From positions 218,357-259,668 of the forward strand of contig WELA01000984.1 in NCBI GenBank assembly GCA_009602735.1: a DNA stretch of 41,312 bases. The letters are read 5' to 3'. The stretch's first letter is position 1. Every line of letters starts with the position of its first letter. The notes under the pieces are model-generated. The model was given only the letters and a program-made list of their open reading frames with translations. It had not been told where the DNA came from and did no database searches. This document shows positions 13,401 to 24,669 of this stretch, piece after piece. A program made the position numbers and the translations under genes. The DNA comes from Mesotaenium endlicherianum. Lineage: Eukaryota.

Positions 13401-14134
13401 TCATTCGCGGCCTCTCTCTCCCTCCCTCCCTCCCTCCCTCCCTCCCTCTTGCCCTCTATCCCTCCATCCCTCTTTGTGTCTCTCTCTCGTTCGGGAATGG
13501 GGCTCGCTGATGACACCGAGAAGAGGCATGAACACGCATGCATAAAGAAAGATGCATCAAACGCATCCATTCATGCGTTTGCAAGCATGCAAGCTGCGTG
13601 ATGAGTACATGGCTATGTGAGTGCTCACACGTGTTTGTGTATGTGTATCTACATAGCCACATTTGGAAATATACATGTTGAAGACGAGGCAGCACAGGAC
13701 CCCAAGCAAGAGCCATCCAGTCCCAACAATGACAACGGCAGAGGTGACAACGGCCACAACAGCCACAACGATACACTTGATAATAGCGCCGGCGCCAGAG
13801 GCAGCAACCACAATGACATCGAACAGCTCCCACTCCCTCACGCCTGATCGTACCACAGCAAACGGTCCCGCCAAAAAGTGCGAGCACCGCACAAGCCCCC
13901 CCACGGCCTGCACTCGTATTGTATCATAAGAAAAAAAACGTGCCTCTGCGGTTACTGCGCCCTTTAAAGCATACAGGTGCTTCTGTGGACGAGTAGAGTG
14001 GCAAGGTCAATTCGTGCTGCCGTGAAGAGAAGGAGATGCGCACAAACTTCAGTGCGGACAGTGTGTCGCATCAGCGTGGAGTAAACGCACGGACCGACTG
14101 TGTGTGCTGAGCTTTTCTGTGTGTGTATGCATGT

Positions 14135-14171
<37 letters not shown>

Positions 14172-14900
14172 TACGTGCGTGTGTACGTGTGTGCGTGTGT
14201 GTACGTGTGTGTGCATGTGTGTGTGTATACGCGCGTGCGTGTATTTGCGCGTGTGTGTGCATGTGTTGTTTGCATGTGCACGCGTGTGAAAAAGCATGCC
14301 CGTGCCCAGTGTGCGTGCACGCGCGCGTCTGCGCGCTCCTGTTTGTGTGAGTGTGCATAAGTGACTGTAAGGCAAGGAGACAGAGGGTGTTCTGCACAAA
14401 CAAAATACGCTATCCATTCACACGCTCGCTGACGCAGCGCACGCGCACATAAGGACGCCGTGAAAGTCAGAAAGTACTACTTCCTCCGCACCACCCCCAC
14501 ACTCCTGTCCTCCCAAGCAGGAAGTAATCACGAAATACAACAGCACACATGACAGAACCGCAGGGGAGGGAGGTGCTTGCAAGAGCCCCGGGAGCACACA
14601 AAGACCGTGGGGAGATCTGTTTCCCCCAAAAAGCACACCTCAGGCGCAAGGAACTGCTCGTAGCCGATATCGCAGGTGAAGGGGTGGCCCGTCTTGGAGC
14701 TCTTGGCGGACCACGTCTTGTGGTACTTCCGAGGGTCCTTGTCGTGCTTCCCGTACTCCTGCTCCCGCCTCTCACGCAGGACGCACCAGACGCAAGCGCC
14801 CAATCACACGTAGCATTACCTATGTGTGCTACGTACATATCTCTGTCGTGCATACACGTGTGTTGTGTGCGCATGTGTGTGTGTGTGTGTGAGTGTGCGC

Positions 14901-14946
<46 letters not shown>

Positions 14947-15336
14947 CTGCGTATGAGTGCGGCGCGCGCGTGTATGTTTGTGTGTTTGTGTGAATGGGTG
15001 AGTGGATGGGTGGATGCGAGGGCGCGTGTGATAATGCGTGTGCACATAAACATGTGCCTGGCGTATGTTCTGGCACTTGCGTGTGTGTTTTGGGGGGGGG
15101 GGGGTCGTGCGTGTGTGTGTGCTCCACACATGTCCTCAATATACACTCTTGAAGAGAGAAGAATAACAGCACGTGGATGCAAACTCAGACACAAGGATTG
15201 CACATGGACACACACACATACACACACACACACACGCACGCACGCGCACACACATACACAAACGCGCACACACACATGCGCACATACACAAACACGCGCA
15301 AACAAACACAGACACAGACAAACACATAAACACGGG

Positions 15337-15378
<42 letters not shown>

Positions 15379-15914
15379 CGCACACACACCTTGACGATGT
15401 CAGCGCACGTGTAGGCGTACGTCTCCTTCACTCGGCGCGCCACGTCCATGGCGTCCTCTGGCGGGACGGGCTCCCCCCTCTCCTGCACACCCGCACTCGC
15501 TTGCTCATTGTCATCTCACGACACCCATGCCTGCCACCAGCCCGGTGTAGCTACACGCAAAAGTGTATCCGCACGTGCGTCAACACATGTGCTTCGCACG
15601 TGAGCGTGTACAAGTGCGCACCTTGCTCCATCACTGATGTGCATGCGGAACATGCTCTCCATCTTGCACGCCCACACACGACATCTGGCGCAAAACGCGC
15701 GCGTGTCCACAGGGTACGCATCTGCGTTCACTTGTTTGTCTAGGTAACTGCGACTGTAGGCGAGGGTCAAATGACATGAGGAGAGCGCATGGTATGCAAA
15801 TGCACAAGACATGTCGAGGTCACAGCCACATGTGCACAGACGACCAGCCAAGCGCAAAGTAAAGCCCAAGTCTATATTTATGAACATGTGTATATACTAT
15901 ATACATGTATATAC

Positions 15915-15949
<35 letters not shown>

Positions 15950-18900
15950 TATATACAAACACGCGCGCTCATGAGCAGACGCACATGCACACACGCACGC
16001 ATATGCGCGCGCTCGTCTGTATGGATACAGTCCAGACAGCAACCAACAATCAGCTACAAGAATATCAGTCAAGCAAGAAGAAGAAGCACTCCCCTCGCCC
16101 CTCCCCCCCTCCCTCCCTCTCCCTCTCGTTCCGCAGCAACTCTGTCTTCTCTTCAAGCTACCCACTGTAACCCCCCCCCGGCCCTCCCTCCCCCTNNNNN
16201 NNNNNNNNNNNNNNNNNNNNNNNNNNNNNNNNNNNNNNNNNNNNNNNNNNNNNNNNNNNNNNNNNNNNNNNNNNNNNNNNNNNNNNNNNNNNNNNNNNNN
16301 NNNNNNNNNNNNNNNNNNNNNNNNNNNNNNNNNNNNNNNNNNNNNNNNNNNNNNNNNNNNNNNNNNNNNNNNNNNNNNNNNNNNNNNNNNNNNNNNNNNN
16401 NNNNNNNNNNNNNNNNNNNNNNNNNNNNNNNNNNNNNNNNNNNNNNNNNNNNNNNNNNNNNNNNNNNNNNNNNNNNNNNNNNNNNNNNNNNNNNNNNNNN
16501 NNNNNNNNNNNNNNNNNNNNNNNNNNNNNNNNNNNNNNNNNCCTCCCCCTCCCCCTCCCCCTCTGTCCGCTTGAGCGATCTGAGCAATCACTTGGGGGAT
16601 GGTGCACAAGAACCCACTGGGCGCAAAGGCAGACCCAGCCACTTTACTTTGGAATGTCATTCATTTATTTTGGGTTATATATATGGCACTGGAACCTTGT
16701 CACTGCCGATCCGACGCACGATGGTGAGTAAGTCCGACTCAAAAGCAGCGGTGCGTCGATCTGCCAGCAAGGGGTGCACGCGCGCGCGTGCGCGCCCCCC
16801 CGACGCACGCAGCACCTGCCGGAGCAAGCCTCCCGGCCCCTCGGCCACCATCACATGCCGTGGACACTTTTTAAGAGATACATATTTTATCATGCAAGAG
16901 ACGCAGTGCACCTGCTCGATTTTGAGCCCTGCTTGAGCGGGCTCGGCTCACGGCAAGTCGAGCGGGCGAAAAGCAGAGAGCGGTTGCGCACACGGGACAA
17001 GCGGCGCACCCGGAACGTTGCAACTCTCGCGACATGATGACAAACATGCAGACAGAGGCGTGGGTGGTTGTGTGCAGGTTGCGTGGGTTCCGGGCCCAGC
17101 CCTGATGAGCGAGTCGGCCGGCAAGCGGATGATCGACGATTGGATAGATAGTTAATTTGAACACAAGAATCGTCAATCGCAGGTAGGAGAGGAGAAGAGG
17201 CATGGTGGCACGCGCACCCACCCGCATGAGCTGCTGGATGAAGGCGGTGATGTCGCGGCCGGCGATGGGGATGCTGCGGATGCTGCTGCCGATGACGTAC
17301 CCGTCCGACACAGGCACAACGTGCGTCACGCCCTCGCCAGAGTCCACCACCACGCCCGTCAGCGGGGCCTGCGCGCGCGCCAGCCGTGTTGTGCGTGAGA
17401 GAGCGTGTTGTGTGGGAGAGAGTGTGTGTGTGTGCCCGTGTGTATGGGCACGTGCATGTGTGTGTCTGCGTGGCCCCATGTTTGTGCATGTGTGCAGGTG
17501 TATGTCTGTGTACGTGTGTCGGTGTGTGTGTGTGTGTGTGTGCGCGCTCGTGGATGTGTTGGACAAGGAGGGGAAGGCAGGAAGAGCAAGCACAGGGGGT
17601 CGGATTACGTCGCGGTGTTTCGAGTTATCAATTTCTATGATGCAGAAGGCTGTGGATGGAACCTCAGAGGCGTCCAACCTGATCAGACGCTTGAGAGCAA
17701 GCGTGTGCAGCAAGCAACAGGAGACAGAGCGCAGCCCACTCTCGCGGGTTTGGGTGAGAGGGGTTAGGATATCAAGTTCGGGGTCACGCGTAAAATTCAT
17801 CAAATGAGATCGACGCCACGTGGCGCATTCGCTGCTTCCCTGCTTCGAGTTTCAGTTTGCCTGGAGTTTCGGGCACAGACCCTTTCTTAACACCGCTGTT
17901 TGGAAGTCAATTTCCGTCACCAAAAGAACGCACGCACATGGCGTAGATACTAGCAGCTGACCAGATGCGTATGCTTGCTCGACAAGGGCTATTGTGAACT
18001 GCCAGCTCCAGGCACTAGGTGCGGCAACACGGGCAAAGAAGGGCAAACTGCAAGGGAAAAAGATATGAAAGTTAAATCAAGAAAATATTCGTACTCAGAG
18101 ATATGAACCCAATATGTTAGAGACGTTCAGAGCCACGCACGCGCTGTTGGCGAGGGGAGGAGAGCGAGTGAAGAATGGAAGAGCAGACCTGCGTGGCCGT
18201 GTAGCCGGCAGCCAGAGCCAGCACCGCCTGCACTGCAATATAAAGCCCCGCCACGTTGAATCTGCGCAGGCGAGAGCGCGGAGACACATGCACGTACGTA
18301 CGCACGTGCGTGTTTTTGAGGTTGTTGCGTGCTTGACCTTCTGAGCATCTAACCATATGCTAACGATCAACAAACACGAGAAAAACACACAAACTTGCAC
18401 AAGGGCAGGAAGCAGATCTAACTTCTCTTTCAAAATGCGCCACAAAAAGAAAGAGAGAGGTGTAGTTTGGTTCCCAAGGTATTTGGCTCTCAAGGAAAGA
18501 ATAAGGAGCAACAACGAGAGACGTAGGTGAGGCGGACATGGTAAATAAATCTAGATTGCATGTCTTGTGGCCGAAGGGGAATGCCTTGTGAGTACGGATC
18601 GTGGTTGTGAAGGAGCACGTCGCAAAGGATTGTTGACACGAAAGAGCGGCTCAGGGTGGTGGTGGTGACGCTTGGAGCAGCGGACAGACCCAAGCACTGA
18701 TTGACTACGCTTCTGATATCGGCTCAGAAGCGTCCCGTGACTGTCGGACAAAGATAAAAGGCGGGAGGGTGGGGGGCGTTTGCTTTCCAGGAAGAGTTTT
18801 GAGGGGAGGCGGTTGCAGGAGAGGGTGAGGGGTGCGTGTACTTACCGGGGAGAGTTCCAATAAGCTTCTCAAAAGGGAGGCGGCTGCAGGAGAGGGTGAG

Positions 18901-19817
18901 CACACACAAAGAGCAAAGAGCACGGATGCGAATGCCATGGGTGGGGGCCGGGTGAGGCTGTGGGAGGCTGGCAGGAGAAAGAGGGTGGAAGCTTCAGCGC
19001 GCAGGATTTAGGAGGGTTCAGGGTGCAAGATTAAGGGTTTGCATCGGATGGCTAGAATAGGGATTGGGCACACGAAGGGCTCAGAGCCTGGGGTTTTAGC
19101 GTTTATCCGTGCCTTGCGGCTGCAGAGGCTCACTTCGGGAGGGAGCGGGGCAGTCTGAGCTTGACTTTCATTCAGCTCGAGAGCCAGGAGCCGGAGGCGC
19201 AGGGTTTGGGGGTTCAAGCAAAGGGGCGGAAGGCAGGGTTGAGGGGTTCTGGGATGCAAGAGGTGAAGGGCGAGGGTTGAGGGTCGCGGGTTTAGGGTTA
19301 GGGGTCGGCTTTAGGGTTTGAGCGGGGCAGTCCCTTACGTCTCGAACATGATCTCGGCCGAGTACTCGCGGTGCTCGGGCGGCGTCAGGGGGGACTCAGT
19401 CAGCAGGAAGTAGTGGTCCTCGGGATCCGCACGCAGATAGTTGAAGATGCACTGCTGCCAGAAGCGCTCCATGGTGTCCCAATTGTCCACCTGGCGGGCG
19501 ACCACAAGAGAGAAGAGCAGAGGGCGGGGGGGGCGGAGGGGAAGGGGGATTAGGACCTTTCGCAGTTGGGTTGAGGAGGGATGGGAGGTAAGAAGGGGAA
19601 GGGGGGAAAGGGGGAGGGGGTTCAGACTCTTGTGCTGGGTGGAGGAGGGAAGGGAGGGTGGGACGATGTGTGTAGGCTGGAGTAAGATCAACAAGCTGCG
19701 CCAGGCTGTCTCGTATGAATGACTCAGCGCCCTTCTCTGGCAGCGTTTGCTGGGACCGCTCGCAAATACCAAAACAGCAGGCACAGCCTCTGTGCACACG
19801 CGCTCGCGCGCGCGCGC

Positions 19818-19887
<70 letters not shown>

Positions 19888-22461
19888 CTGTGTGTGCCTG
19901 TGTGTGTGCGTGTGTGTGCGTGTGTGCACGCGCGCGCGCGTGTGTGTGCATCAGAAATAGACCCTTCTTGCGCTCGCGGAAAAGAAAAAACATAAGAGTG
20001 CCCAGATGTGCCCCACAGAGATTACAACCCCCCCGCCTGCTTGAAGCAGGTGACTTGTTTCCCTCTCCATCACAGGTCCTTGTACATTTAGCAAATACTA
20101 TCGGCTGGAAAAACCTCTCCCTGCTACCCCACAGCCCCTCAAGCTCAAGGGCCCACCCACCGTCAGATCTTTTTCCCTCCCAAGTGCGCGCACTGCCCAC
20201 TTGCCCACAACACACCTGCACGCAATGCAACTGCACCAAACCCTAAACCTTCGCTTCAAATCCCGCCCTCCGGACCCAGAAACTCGTACCCCCCCCTTCA
20301 GAGGCCTGAACCCCCTCCCCCCGGGGCTGACTCCTGCTGCTGCCACCTGGAGGCTCAAACGGCAGCCGGCAGCTTCTCGAAACAAGTTGCAGGGCGACCT
20401 CAGCGCACTTCCGCGTCGTCCAGGAGGGGGTTTTTTTCCTTGGGAAGAATGTGCAAAGCATCTGGCGTTGGGACGCGCGTGGGCTTCTGGCAGCGGGTCT
20501 CGGGCGAGCGGAGGTTTCAGGAGAGAGCACTGTCAGAAGAGCTCTGTTCCAAAGCCAGATGCCCCCCACCCCCCCCCNACTTCTTGTCGTCTTCTTGTAC
20601 AATCTCTCTTATGCCTATGTTTTTGTGGTTTGTGAGGAGCAGTTGAGACTTTGCCCTGGTATTGGACGTGGACAAAAAGGAGCGCTCGGCGAGGCGTCTG
20701 TGGGTTAGGCTCTCCAGCGCCGGCCCGCGGCGTGCCGTCCTCCTCGCACGAGCTCGAGCGGCGGGCGACAGTTGCGCAACTCGTAGCGCACGTGCCCCTT
20801 GACTCGTCCGCAGACAAAGTCACGACAAAGAGGTAGTATCCCACAACAGCTGCGCGTGCTGCCATACTCGCTGCCACCTAAGCGCAATGCTTCCTTCGGT
20901 TCAGCCATCCCCAGGGAGACGCTGCCATCGAGCCCCGCCCACAATACCCCGCAAGTCATCCCAACATGAAAACCAAAAACCCAGCACCCTCAAGCTTGCT
21001 GTGGCGCTTCCTGTCTGCCGCCATTATACCCTACTCCTTGCGATACGCCACCTGGCACCTGCCACCGGGCACCTGGCAGCGGAGACCTCTGGTTCTAAGC
21101 CAGCTGTCACGCCCGCGCGTGAGCGCGTGAGCGCGTGCTGCTGACCTGGCCGTGCTTGATGGGGTTGCTGAGCGTGTAGGCGCCCGCCCGGGCGGCCTGG
21201 TTTGCCTCGTTGCCGATGAAAAAATCCAGGTCAGCCATGACGCCGGCGCTGTGGATCTGGGCGGCGCTCAGGCCCTTGGTGGGCCCCCCCCCGCCGCCCC
21301 CCGCGCCGCTGCCCGAGGTGTAGGCCTCGTTGAGCGCGACAACTGTCGGCACGATGAAGCACGGCTCCACGTTGCCCGCGTACCCCATCTTTGTATAACT
21401 GCGCGCGCGATGCGAGCGCAATCGCACCCCCCGGATAACAAACGGCAAAGAGGGCTCACGGTTTTGGGGTCTTGACGTTTTGAGGTTCTGGGTGGGAGAG
21501 CTAAGAGCTGACTGGGGCCGCTCCCATTAGGGTTAAGAATAAGGGCATTCAAGGTTTGGAGTACAAGTGGATGCTGCTGAACCGAGAAGGTGCAGGGCTG
21601 CTGAAGGATTGGTCCACCGGCACGTGTGCCGGCATGTAGGGTTCACAAAGCCTTCGAGTTGACCGCCAGTTGATCAAAAGGTGAGCAACAGTCGGCTGCC
21701 GCTTGGCACTTGACCGATGCTTGACCGCGGCATGGCACAGGTTTAGAGGACCACGCGAAGCGGATTTAGGGGCAGCCAGATGCAGGCATGCACCTCACAG
21801 GGGCTCCTCAAAGGCATGAATGCTGCACGGCGCCATGACGTGGGGAACATTTGACCAGCAAGCATTTGACAAGCAAGCGTGCATGGGGGGTAAATATTAT
21901 AGTGTATTCTTCACATTTTATCATCAGATGACATGAGATGCGAGAATGTGTAGTGAATTAGATCCGCGCCGAAACCCCAACCCCCCCTCTCCAAGATACC
22001 CACACCCACAGTCGTGCAGACACACATGCGCACTGGCAGGGCCGGCGAGCACAAGTGACTGGAAAGTTGGAATCGGGTCTAGAACACTAGTGGGCCCCTC
22101 TTCCATCCGGCATTTTCAGCAAACATGAATGTGACGCACAATACTCAGCCGCTCAATAGGCCAGACCATCAACTTATCACCTCGAGTCAAAGTTTTGTAG
22201 TTCCTCCCGCTACCCCTTCCCCGCCCAAAGAAAGAGAAGAAGAATCGGACTAACAGGAAGATGCCGTTCAAAAGAAAATGGTCGTATCTTTAACGCGCAT
22301 GCTCTGTTCCTGCAAGACATTATCTTCACTTACACTGGCACAGATACTCTAACAGAAAGAATTCAATGTACTGAAGGTCCCTCTTGCCGGAGTGGCAAAT
22401 GAACGCGAGCTTACCCTGTGCCATTGTCAATAATGATGGCTGCCCGATTCTGGGCATCCAT
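10493..22461 (-). CDS. ARP3: Actin-related protein 3 (Arp2/3 complex subunit), 11 exons, 438 aa
   Basis: Exons 22461-22415 ([16 protein letters not shown]), 21398-21146 ([18 protein letters not shown]...MADLDFFIG...PIKHGQ), 19490-19339 ([35 protein letters not shown]), 18261-18189 ([20 protein letters not shown]), 17368-17222, 15482-15390, 14758-14639, 13342-13232 ([10 protein letters not shown]), 12636-12496 ([27 protein letters not shown]), 11348-11250 ([10 protein letters not shown]), 10573-10493 ([25 protein letters not shown]). All GT-AG, phases consistent, 1317 nt in total; motifs are diagnostic for Arp3. Confidence 0.96.
14100..15389. repeat. Cluster of (GT)n/(CA)n and degenerate purine-pyrimidine microsatellites in ARP3 introns
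   Basis: Long GT/CA runs at about 14137-14168, 14873-14945 and 15208-15389; similar tracts at about 12680-12760 and 17420-17545. Confidence 0.9.
16196..16541. other. Assembly gap (N run) in ARP3 intron 5
   Basis: Run of Ns; smaller gaps at 8726-8731 and 13164-13196, all beside G/C-rich runs. Confidence 0.99.
19820..19950. repeat. (TG)n microsatellite, ARP3 intron 2
   Basis: More than 30 perfect TG units followed by degenerate units. Confidence 0.95.
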
Positions 22462-23399
22462 CACTCACAAACTACAAAAAATCCGTCAAGTTGCTTGCCA
22501 CTCTTTATGACCGAGTCAGTCTACTCTAGCAAATTCTGATCCGGCAAATTATTGCACTTCATATCATATTTGCAGTCACGACTTTCTCTATGAGAACCAC
22601 CCAAACAAATTTGAGCTGGCCGCCCCGGAACCAGAACGCTGATATGCGCTTCGTTCTCTGATCGTCCGACAATCGTAAGTCGTATGCACTCTATTGAACT
22701 GTTTCTGCGTCGTACTTCCTGTCACCACCTTTTGTTACAAGTGCTCCGGTGTAATAAACTGCTCATTTAGCTGCTCACAGCGCTAGCACCTGCGATACCT
22801 TTGCCAGTCGGGCATTTGCAAATAGAGTCGGTTGCTCAACTCACTGATCAAAGACAATGCACGCGCATTGATATCTACAGAAGGTGGCTATTTCGCAAAG
22901 TCAACCTCGCTACTTCGCAAGTCAACCTTGTTGATAGTCCTGGTTGTAGGCTATTGTAGGGAGTTGTAGGCGGTCTATGAGTCTCTCTTAGATTGGTAAA
23001 CTGACAAATTAATGAAAATTAAATTGAAGTTCGAAGAACGAAGATATCTGAAATTTTGCTAGGACTATAATCCCTAATGCCCAATTTACACTGGCCAGAT
23101 CGAACGCGACTTGATACATTGAAAAAGTACCTGGAAAGCGGTACCTGGAAATACATTTTCAATTGGAGCGCGGTAGAAGTGTTGTTTAAATTGGTCTTCA
23201 GGCGCAACATGACTGATTTAAGTTGGTAAGAAAATTGATTCAACTTCGTAATTTTAATTAATGTCAAGACTACTATCCGACTGACGGTGCCACACGCGCA
23301 GCGCAAGCCACGGCAACCCAAGTACGGAAGTCAACACTGACTCTAGTCCTATCAGTTGACCACCGACTGGTCAGCACTAATTCAAGTCACATGCGACCT

Positions 23400-23900
23400 T
23401 GTAGTGAAACAGATAGATGAAGTAATTAGTGAAATATAATACTTTATCTATTCAAGACAAGGATCTTTGAACACAAGTGGTAGCTTCTTGAAAGAGAGAT
23501 GGCTTCTTGAAAGTTAATATATTTCTGGATTTTGGCAAGTACAAGAGTGATTCTGGAATGTCTTTCTATGTTCTAGCTCTTGTTTATATACTTGCTACAT
23601 AAGTAATTTCTAGGAAAGTGTATGTTGATGTGTTGGCACCCAACACATTCCAAAACTTGCCACTTCTTTCTAGAATAATGTACCCGTCCTTTTGACCTAA
23701 AAATGGCACATATGACTTTTGCCACATGGAGTTCTTCTAGGTCGTTCCTCTAACTTCGAAAATGCCTTGGAAGGTTCAAAGGACATGAACCAAGTTACTA
23801 GAGTACCTATTCACACTTGACTCCACACAATACTACTCCAAATATATTTGACAACATTAAAATATATGCAAACTAATATATAATAACTCCAATCACTACA
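23400..23900 (-). repeat. 3' LTR of the outer element (family A, 501 bp)
   Basis: TGTAGTGA...TCACTACA termini; reverse-complement match to 28509-29009 and 34684-35203. Confidence 0.95.
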
Positions 23901-24669
23901 TCACTCCCCCGATAGAAAAAGCGACGACTCGGCGCGTCAAGTCAGGTCTTACACATGTGGAGCAAACTAGTCAACAGTTTCAACTCAGATGTCACACATG
24001 TGAAGAGGACTAGTCAAAGGCGCCAAGTCAGGTGCTACACATGTAAGGTAGACTAGGCAAGGTCGTAGGTGGTGTGACCTTATTGGCTAGCCTACTCCTT
24101 AATGATAAAGAAAATGGTACAAGTTGGCCCAGAATCTGCCACGAATTCAAAAAGTCATAGCGGCCACAGAACTGCTCCAAATCTAAACATTTGAGTACCA
24201 GACGGACCGCGTCGGAGAACTCTACCGGGTCACCAAATTTGAGAGCATTCTCATTTCTGGAGTGTCGTTGAGAGCTGAGAGAGTAGGCACTCCTCCAAAT
24301 CTGTGCAGAAACTTCTGAAAATCATAAGTCATTCTATACTTCTCCAAAGTCTGCAAACTAAGTCTCAAACTGGGCGCTGTAAGATGTTCTACCAGAATCT
24401 TGAGTTTCAAAGCATTCCAAGTTCAGGGGAGGGCACTATGTCAGAAGGCATATTCTGCCCTAACAATGCCAGCAACCTGACCCCCTTCTACTTAGAGCAT
24501 CATATCTCTCTCACCAATGCTCCAAATTGAGCAAACTTGGACTCTAAATGACCGGCTACTCATGGACTACAGCCAAGTAAGTTTTCAGAATTTATTATGC
24601 AGAGACCTATCACCAGTAGAAGTTTTAGTTTTCTGTCCAGAAACTGTGAGAAGAGAAGAGTGTCTAATG

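Noticed and set aside
11800..20250. Many ORFs of 60-340 aa rich in HT/CV/AR repeats
   Set aside because: These are translations of (CA)n/(GT)n/(GC)n microsatellites or N gaps inside ARP3 introns and have no domain motifs.
1..22461. Functional cluster of exonuclease, DTW and ARP3 genes
   Set aside because: These are ordinary eukaryotic neighbours; nothing in the sequence supports a shared system beyond the head-to-head layout of the first two.
23939..24067. CRISPR-like repeat-spacer pattern
   Set aside because: The units are degenerate tandem repeats inside a eukaryotic retrotransposon 3' UTR, with no identical repeats, unique spacers or cas genes.
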